From Daphnia carinata (Eukaryota), in assembly GCF_022539665.2 (NCBI RefSeq), contig NC_081332.1, positions 2,170,001 to 2,234,000 on the forward strand: a stretch of DNA of 64,000 nt. Direction: 5' to 3'. The position numbers and the translations under genes are program-made. The notes under the pieces were generated by a model that saw nothing but the letters and a program-made list of their open reading frames with translations, did not search any database and had not been told where the DNA came from. Position 1 is the first letter of the stretch. Every line of letters starts with the position of its first letter. Below, in pieces: positions 55,238-64,000 of this stretch.

Positions 55238-58200
55238 CCACTGAGATCTATATAGCCGGTATTTTCTTTTTTATTTCGCTTTGGTGCAATGCGTGCCGTA
55301 CGTACAGCCGAGTCGGGATCCATTTATCCCAACAAGACGACGCCTCGGGAATTGCACGACTATCGATTTGCTCTTCCTCTTTTCTCGCACAATATTTCAT
55401 TCTTCTTCTTTAAAAAAAAAAAATAAATAATAATAATAATAAAAAAAAAAGAAGGGGGGGAGGGGCAATAACTGAACGTTGGATGTGCAGATCGAATATT
55501 TAAGGGGTAAGTTTAAATACGTCCAAGTACACGATGATGGGTCTAAAACACACTCAAGTCACAACCCTATTCATTCATTCAAACGTTTTTGTTCCAGAAA
55601 AAAAAAAAAAAAAAACCACTGGCCTTTAATGTCCCGGACGGCTTTCCCATTTATTATGGAACGAAACTAGCCAAAGAGAGGTGGGGGGGATTTAGTAAGC
55701 ACTACAAATGACGATGAAAAAAAAAAAAAAGGGACTAGTGTGTTCCACTACAATGTTGTTCATCATTTAGAACAAGACAAAAATGGTAGGCCAGAAGGCA
55801 CGATAATAAAAATAATAATAATAAAAAAAAACATATCAAAGTAATTAGCCGAAAATCACGAGAGCGATGTGAAAAAAAAAAAAAAAAAAAAAAAGGGAAA
55901 GAGCGGCAAGGTTGAAAGGCGCGATGACCAGTCAGCTGTGCGTCACACAGAGCTGTCACGTTAATTAAGCACGGCCGTTGTCTCTCTCTCTCTCTCTTTA
56001 TCTTTTTAGAGCTACACAAAAATGGCCGCAAGAAACAAGCAGACCAAGCGTGTTCGGCGGGATTGTGTATAGATCTTTTTCTACGAGTTGAACCAAACCA
56101 AGCGAAATCCGAAATCATTGAACAAAAAAGACGGGCAACGACACGTGCGACAACAACATTTCATTTTTTTTTTTTCCTGGAACTAGCTATAGGCAAATAG
56201 ACATGTAGACGGCGCATATTTCCATCAAAAAAAATACAAGTCGTTGAAAAAAAATGGGTCTCGATCCCATCGTTGGTTCATGAATAAAACATTTCCCATC
56301 GATAGAGCCACACACACAAAAAAAAAAAAAGGCAATTTGCCCTTCGAGGCAAAAAAAAACAAAACAAAACAAAACATCGGCAACTCGTGTAGTATATAAT
56401 TCCTTTGTTCCAAATTACAAGTGTGTGTGTGTGTGCGTGATTTCAGAAGAAATAAACATCAAATTGGCCGTGGCACTAATACTTTTGGCTGGCAGTTCGG
56501 GGCTATCAGCGGATTCATTTGTTTGCCCGTTGCAGACAGTGACACAGTAAAAAAAAAAAAAAAAAAAAAAAGCAAGAACTTTCGTTCTAATATGGATAAA
56601 AAAAAAAAAAAAAGAATCTCCTTTTTTAGGTTCCATGATCTCTCTCTCTCGAAAAAAAAAACGAGAGAGTTGTATGGAGAATGACATGTAACGTTTGATC
56701 AATGGCCTAGATGAATGAATACGTCCAATAGGGCAATAGACGTATATAGTCAGCATATAACATCAGTCATTTTTCTTGTTATATCGCCATATCAACCAGA
56801 TGTGATGCCATGACAAGAATTAAAAAAAAAAAAAAGGGAAAATCACGAGATGCAAATAAAAAAAAAAGAAAAAGAAAAAAGAAGAAAGTGAATTTTTGAA
56901 TGATGGATAATGTGCCATAACAGACGGAAGAAAATAGGAATGCCGTGAAAAAAGCATCGACTCACGACACGGATCGTTGAGAATGCCAAAAAAGAACAAC
57001 AAAAAAAAAAAACAACACTTTCTCTGCAACCCGGCCCAGGCCGGCTGCTTCTATCGACTTGTGGAATCGAAATTTATCCTGTGTATAACCCACGTACTAA
57101 TTTCTATCTACCCCGCTCCCCCTCCCCCCCTCAAAACGTAACGAATTCGAGAGAAAATGCGAAAAGGGAAGTGACGGGACTATGTCTGTTTCATCAGAGT
57201 TTGTTTGTTTTGTTTGTTTTTTAAGAATTTGATCTTGTCGGCTCTAATGACCAATTTCCATCTTGATTATATACATACATACACACACACACACATATAT
57301 ATATATATGTGTGTGTTGCACGATATAACTTGATCAAACGAGCCCGAGGGAGTTACGGGTCATCATCGTGCATGAAGGGCGTCCATTCAACGGACGGCCA
57401 GTTCATCAAAGCAAACTGCTTATTGATGATGACTACACCAGCGGCCAGCAAAAATGGGCGAGTCTAAACAAGACAATCCTAGAGGGGGGGGACAACCGCA
57501 GTAATTTGAAAAGCGCATTGGCCTCGGAGAGATGCTTCTTGATTATGTAGAATGACGTTTAAAAAAAAAAATAAAAAAATAGAAGAAGAAATTATGCGAC
57601 ATGTAAAACGAAGAAGAAAAAGAGAGAGAGAGACGCTCGTACGTTGCGTAACGAATTGACTGCTTTAGCTCGGCAATAACGAACCCGGGACGGCCATCCA
57701 ATTTGCTACGTATAGGCCTTCGGTGGCTCGTGAAAAATTAAGACCAATCGCCTATATATATATATATATATATGTACTCCGCTGTAGAGAAGAGCAACAC
57801 AGCCGAGTTGCAAAAGGAAACAAATGGCAGAGCGTTTAAAAGATGAAGAGTAAGTGAGACAAGCACCTGGTTCGGCCCGGGGGAAAATTACGGGCTCGCA
57901 ATCGGCCAAACAATCACTCTTTACGCGAAATATTTATGGTAATGGAGCTATCTTGCCGCACGCTCTTTCTTAAAAAACAAAACAAAAACGGCCCTGGTCG
58001 TGTGTTTACTTAATCGAAAAAGAAAAAGAAAAAAACAAAATAGGTGGCTGGAAATATAAATAGCGATGGCTTTCCACGACCCCTTTCCGTCTTTATGCAA
58101 ATTACAAACGGCTCTCACACGTTTCTGCTTATTTGTTTTTCTGTTTCTTTTTTTTTTTTTTTTGGGACGCATCGTCACGACACACATCCGAAATAATGCG

Positions 58201-58394
58201 ATCGTTTTTCTCTTTTGTTTCAAAGAATACCAGACGAAAAAAATAAACAAAACAAAACAAAACAAAAGAAATTAAATGACACGAGGGATGTACTTTAAAG
58301 ATAACTGTTTCATCCTTATAGCGACATATGGCCGTTAGCTACAATTGTAATAACCGCCCACTACCTTTTTCCTTCGCTTTGGCTGCAAAGAAGA

Positions 58395-58435
<41 letters not shown>

Positions 58436-59599
58436 ATGCGGTTTGGACAAAGTGCAACCAACGTGTTCTCTTGTCCAATTACCTTTCGAGACGGCCACAC
58501 AACATCTTCGTTGTTACATGCAGCCCACGCATTTTCTCTTTCGTTAAACCGGAAGCCTATGTGTACAACGTAGGGCACACAAAACTGGGTATCTGCAACA
58601 TGTAATGACGTTGCAGAGAACATTGCAGTGGCAGTATAAAAAATGGAAACCTATCTATTAAAAAACGCATGACACACACACACACACACACATAAAGGCT
58701 GTACTTTTTCCGAGGCCGATACGGATACGAGCACGAGCGCATTAATATTTCAAAAAAAAAAAAAAAAAAAGAAAGAAAGAAAACAAAACAAAAAACGAAG
58801 TGACATCAGGAAAACAGATGAGAAATGTTTGCGCATCCGAGTTAAGAGGAGAAAATCAAAAAAAAAAAAAAAAAAAAAAAACGAACAAAACGTTTGAAAT
58901 GGCACGAGTCATCGTGATTATACAGCCCGGATGCTGACATAATCGCGTTTCTTTCGAAAAAAAAAAAAAAAAAAAACCAAAAAAAGAGACACGAGAAATG
59001 ATTGGACGAATATAAAGAATTTTTTTTTTTAGATGTTTAGATCAACGTCAAGTATAACCCGACGTCAGTAGGCTATTAGGCCTACGATGCACCTTTTCTT
59101 TTTTATTTCGGGATCAACAAACATTGGCTGTCAACCTGTCACGCTCCTTTCTTTTTTTTTTTTAAAGACTAGATAAATGCCACTAGAAAAAAAAAAAAAA
59201 TAGGGAATCGCTAAAAATAGTTGGGTCACCCATCCATTTCTCGTTTGGGATTGACGACTATTAAAAGGGAAAGGGAATGGAAGGTGGGGCGGGGGGGGGG
59301 TGGTCGTTTATCGAGATAAACAAAACACGTACAAAACAACCGAGTTTCAAAAACGATAAAAGAAAAAGCGAGAGAAAACCGGTTGGCGTGATGATCGTCT
59401 CAAGACAGGGAGGCAAACCGGAGCTTCCATCTCACGCCCAGCAAGAGGGCCCGGCCAGATGATTATCTATATGGGGGTCCGCTCAATCGTGCTCTTTCTT
59501 CCTCTAACGTGTAATTCATTTTATATAAATATATATATATATACTGTATATATATACCTTTTTTTTATTATTATTATTGCGATGTGTTTGTCGTGTCGA

Positions 59600-59631
<32 letters not shown>

Positions 59632-62600
59632 CGAGCACGAACAACACGAAAGGCATCAAAAAACGCGCTGTGCCTATTTTGCATGCGATCGAATAAAAAG
59701 AAAGATGATAGTTTTCTCGCATCTCAAACGTACAGCAATCCGATTTGACACGAGTCAAAGAAGGTCAGAAGACGAAGGCACACTGTTAAGCGCGCACAGC
59801 GCAAATCATGTTGTTTAAATTGCGAGATGCGCATTACGTATCAATAAAAGTCGGACAACAAAAACGCGGGAGGGGACGGTGAGGCGGGCAATCGAATCAC
59901 GACAGCGACACGCACGCTAGCAGACAGATGACGCATTTGCTTTGCATTATACAATAGCCGAATGTGACGTACTGCCGGCCAATCGTGGAGCAAAGATGCG
60001 CTCGCAAGTGCTAAAGTGCTGCTGCAAGGACCATCACATATTTAAAAGTGCCAGTTGCAAACGCCTAGTCGAAGAGTCTCTCTGAAATCACGAGAACGAT
60101 CCAGCCCTCGATGATTTTTTATCCCTTTTAAAAAAAAAAAAAGATCTTTTTCAATTGTTAATTTGAAAGCATTGGTGGGCAAGAGGAGGGACGGGGAGAG
60201 GGGGGGAGTTTATTTACCTACTTCCCGACTGACATCCTAAAACGCGCAATCACGTTACGGGAACACGTTCTCTAGACAACCGACAAAGAGCTTCGGGGAA
60301 GGGAGTCGTATTGCAATTTGCCTTCGTAATGGCGACACACAACATTAAGCGCAATTAAACAATCGACGTACAACGAAACGAGGTATAAGTGGACAAAAAC
60401 AAATGAATCAACACATTGAACTTTTAAGACTGGCAAGGAAAAAAAAAATGGATTGTTGCTCGTAAAAAAAAAAAAAAAAAAAAAAAAAATGAAAACGAGT
60501 GGTTATGTTGCGCATAACCCATCGGAGTAAAGTGGCAATAACGATCGCTACGGCCCATTAACGTCTCCGCAAAACCCAAAAAAAAAAAAAAAAAAAAAAA
60601 CGTCTAATGACATCTAGTATGTCTATCTACTCTGACATTCTTGATGAAGTCAAAGTCTTTTATTCTTTTTTTTTTTTCTAAAGCCAGCGAATGTTTTGGA
60701 GGGTGCAGGTATGCGTCCAAACGTAAACCGGCCATCGATCATTTTGCCTAGATATGCAAGAATGTGTTTCACTTGCAATCGTTGCAACGTTCGCCATTCC
60801 GGTTCTACACCGACGCCATACATCAATGACATTGATATTCCAGATTTGAAAAAAAAAAAAAAATTAGATAAATAGAAAACTGGCGCCAAAGTTAAAGACA
60901 GGTGACAAATAAATATCCCCCCCCCCCCCAAAAAAAAAAAAGAATATGTTTGACGTATGGAATTATTGAACCAAAAAGGAATCAATGTCTTTTGCTTTTT
61001 TCTCGTATCATCATTCAAATTGTACCATACGCAACGAACTTCCTCCTGAAGAAGTTGGCCATTTCATAACAAAAAATCAAAAAAAAAAAATGCTCAATAT
61101 TTCTTTTAAAAAAAGAAAAAAAAAAAACAAAATCTGGAACGTATCATTCAACACGGGGTTTCGTGTTGCATCAATACGACTGAAAGCAACAAATCTATGC
61201 TTCAACATAGATCCCCCCCTCTCCCTTTTTTTTTTTTTTAATACATACACAGACACACACACACATATATATATATATATGGATATCCGGCAAATGAGTT
61301 GTCAAGCAAAACGATCGATACGTTTCTTCTTTTTTTTTTTGGGTTCGGCCCACGAAGAAAAACTAGAAAAGAGATTGGAGAGAAAAGAGAAAAGGCCACG
61401 TCGATTGCAAAGGATCTGATTTTTTTTTTTTTTTTCACGTAGGCGGACTATGTAGGTAACGCTATACATCTGCAGATGGGAAGTTGTCTACTTCAAAATA
61501 AAAACAAAATCATCTCGCTGCATTTTTTTTTTTTTTTTTTTTTTGTGATTGACACACGAAACTCCCGGATGAACGAAACCCGTGGCAACACCCGGAAGGT
61601 CAAACCAACAACAAAAAAAAAAAAAAAAAAAAAATAATCAAAAGGCTTACCAAAATAATAAAGAACGTCGGCATTTTTTTTATCGAGCGTGGCCTTTCGT
61701 TATCGACGTGATGCCATCATCATCACGTCGAAACCTTCTCCCCCCCCCCCCCTGTCAGTTGAGGAATTGTTGATTGAAAATAATATCAATGATCACTATT
61801 ATAGAGCAGCACATCAAGTGTGTGAACGCCCTCTTGACTCTTGTCTCTTCGGGGCGTCGATAGAAATTGAATTTCTTTTTGATTTTTTTTTTTTTTTTTT
61901 TTGTGAGAGAGAGAGAGAGAGAGAGAAAGATGAGCGCTTCATTGAACTTGTTTTCTGGTTTAAAAAAAACAAACAAAAACAATGCACTGGTGAATGGCAT
62001 TGGTCTCTCCACGGTTCGATCAGGTGTGGGGGGGGGGGGAGGGCCAAAATCGGGCGGTTTCAGGTCGGATGGAAGAAGCGCAAATAATCAAGAAGAAAAG
62101 ACTCTTACCGTTATGACGCGTCTCATCAAAAAATTGCAGACGACCCCTCAATAAAAAAAAAAAATTCAAATTCACGAGAAAGATGAAAAAAAAAAATGAA
62201 CGTCAGCTGATCGGTAAATGTCGAATGTGTTGTCACTGTGTCACGAAAAAAAAAAAAAAATAAACAAAAACAAGACGCACGAAAAACTTGTTGATGTCAA
62301 GACGATACGCACTCGCAAACGCTTTTGGAATAATCAAAATTTTAAACTGACGGGCAATTCAAATTGGAAAAAAAAAAAAAAAAAAATCAAATAAAAATAA
62401 ATAAATAAAATACACAGTAAAAATGAAATTGCGACGGGAGGAATGGGACAGGGCGACCAATCTGCATGCGGTCTAGGTGCCGTCTGCGCGGCCCTGCAAC
62501 CGCCGCGATTTTATACGGCGCTGCTCCTCCCGCCACTAACGGTCGACTACGACAAACTGACTCTCTCTCTCTCTCCTCTCTTTGTTGCCTCTAGCATCTC

Positions 62601-64000
62601 TCTCTCTGTCTCTCTCTTTCGTTTATCCTCCCCACCCCACCCCCATTCCCACCCTATCAAAAAGGAAAAAAGATGACAGTCAGAGTGGGCATAGTTCCAT
62701 TCTTTTTTTTTTTTTCTTATTTTGGGGACTTTACGTCTGTCTACATTTCACGAGAACTTTTTAAGAAAAGCCGATTCAACTGTCAAACGTCCAGCAACTG
62801 GACGAGAAAAAAAAAAGATACAAATTCAGTAGCTACTGGCTTTTCATCAGTCGGTCAAGGTACTTTGCCTTAAAATCAAGACATTTTCGTGAGCGACAAA
62901 AAAAAAAAAAAAAAAAAAAAAATGTATAGTGGGAAGTTTGCGATCTAATTGGGTGTACGTACTGGCGCGTAAAAACAAGCAATCAAATTCGGCATTTCTA
63001 AAATGATATGCAGAGCTGGATTTCAAAAAAAAAAAAAAAAAAAAACAAAAAAAAAACCAGTCGATATCGACCTTGCAGTTTGGAACGTAAAGTCCCAAAA
63101 AAAAAAAAAAAAAATAAATAAATAAATAAAAATGATTATCACTTCGGTTGGAATGAGTGACGTAGCCCGCCAAACGACTACGCTCACTCAAAAACGCCTT
63201 CATGCCGAATGAATCAACCAGTTTTGATGATGACTGCAGGTGTAAACGGATTTATAGCGACGCTTCAAAAAAAAAAAAAAAAAAAAAAAAAAAAACGAAG
63301 ACAGTTTGGAACAGAGCGGTTGCCAAGTTTTCCTTCATTTATAGAAAACAAGAAAAATGAAACAATCAACATTGGCAGAGTGCGGCGAAAAAAAACAAAA
63401 CAAAACAAAAACATCATTGTCCGATGTTCCACAAACACGCAACGCGAGGAAGAAAAAAAAACATGAACTGGAACGAAGCAACAAGCTGTCTCATCTCGCT
63501 TCATAATTCGCATACTTTTTTTTTTGCCCATCGTTCATTTGAAATGGAGGAAAACAAAATGGCGGTTAGTTGGTGGGAAAATAAAAAAAAAAAAGCCAAT
63601 CGAACGTGTAAACGAACGTGATTATGCGCTAGTGTTGCAATGTGTGGCAATGGCACTGGACAAAGTAGAAATACAACCAACCTGCCCTCATCAAGTTTCC
63701 CCCCCCCCCCCTTTTTTTTTTTTTTTAATGTTTTCTCGTGAGCTTGTGGATATTAAACAGGCGATCACGTGACGATTCGGCCTGTTTTTTGTTTTTTTTC
63801 TATGGACGGTCGATATGCCCACGTTGTGCGTGTTCCACACTCTCCCTCCACACGGGCCCGTTCGTTGTTCGTTTCTATTTCGCCAAATGCATGCAAAACT
63901 CTCTCGCACAATCCGTGCCTTTCATCCATCGATTTTTTTTTTGTTTGTTTGTCTTTTCTTCCTACACGTTTTCTAGTTTTGCTGCTCACCCCCCCCCCCC
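49200..64000. other. Non-coding, simple-repeat-rich region, likely DGK upstream/large intron
   Basis: Dense A/T, C/G, (CA)n, (CT)n and (TA)n runs. ORFs are low-complexity poly-F/K artefacts; no recognisable domain. Confidence 0.65.

Noticed and set aside
49200..64000. Dozens of 60-170 aa ORFs
   Set aside because: Poly-Phe/Lys and dipeptide translations of homopolymers and microsatellites.

Overview
Eukaryotic, intron-rich arthropod DNA. Short ~60-70 nt introns, a zinc-knuckle vasa and the gene content suggest a Daphnia-like crustacean (inference). Six apparently intact genes: UDP-galactose transporter (-), NDUFAF3 (+), a PTPN12/18/22-type tyrosine phosphatase (-), NTAN1 (-), Host cell factor (+) and a type IV diacylglycerol kinase, rdgA/DGKZ-like (-). 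The DGK long introns and upstream region fill 36-64 kb with homopolymers and microsatellites. The most unusual part is 2.4-9.2 kb, between two head-to-head housekeeping genes. There a ~6.1-kb unit bounded by AT|GGCAATCCGTTTTAC terminal inverted repeats, each with a CTCF-like subterminal motif, carries a decayed spliced gene, an intron-retaining vasa fragment, and a central ~580-bp near-perfect inverted repeat whose loop holds three tRNA-like Pol III cassettes. A foldback repeat family occurs at 2.5-3.1 kb and as an alternating-palindrome array at 31.8-33.9 kb. Exon boundaries were read by eye and are approximate.
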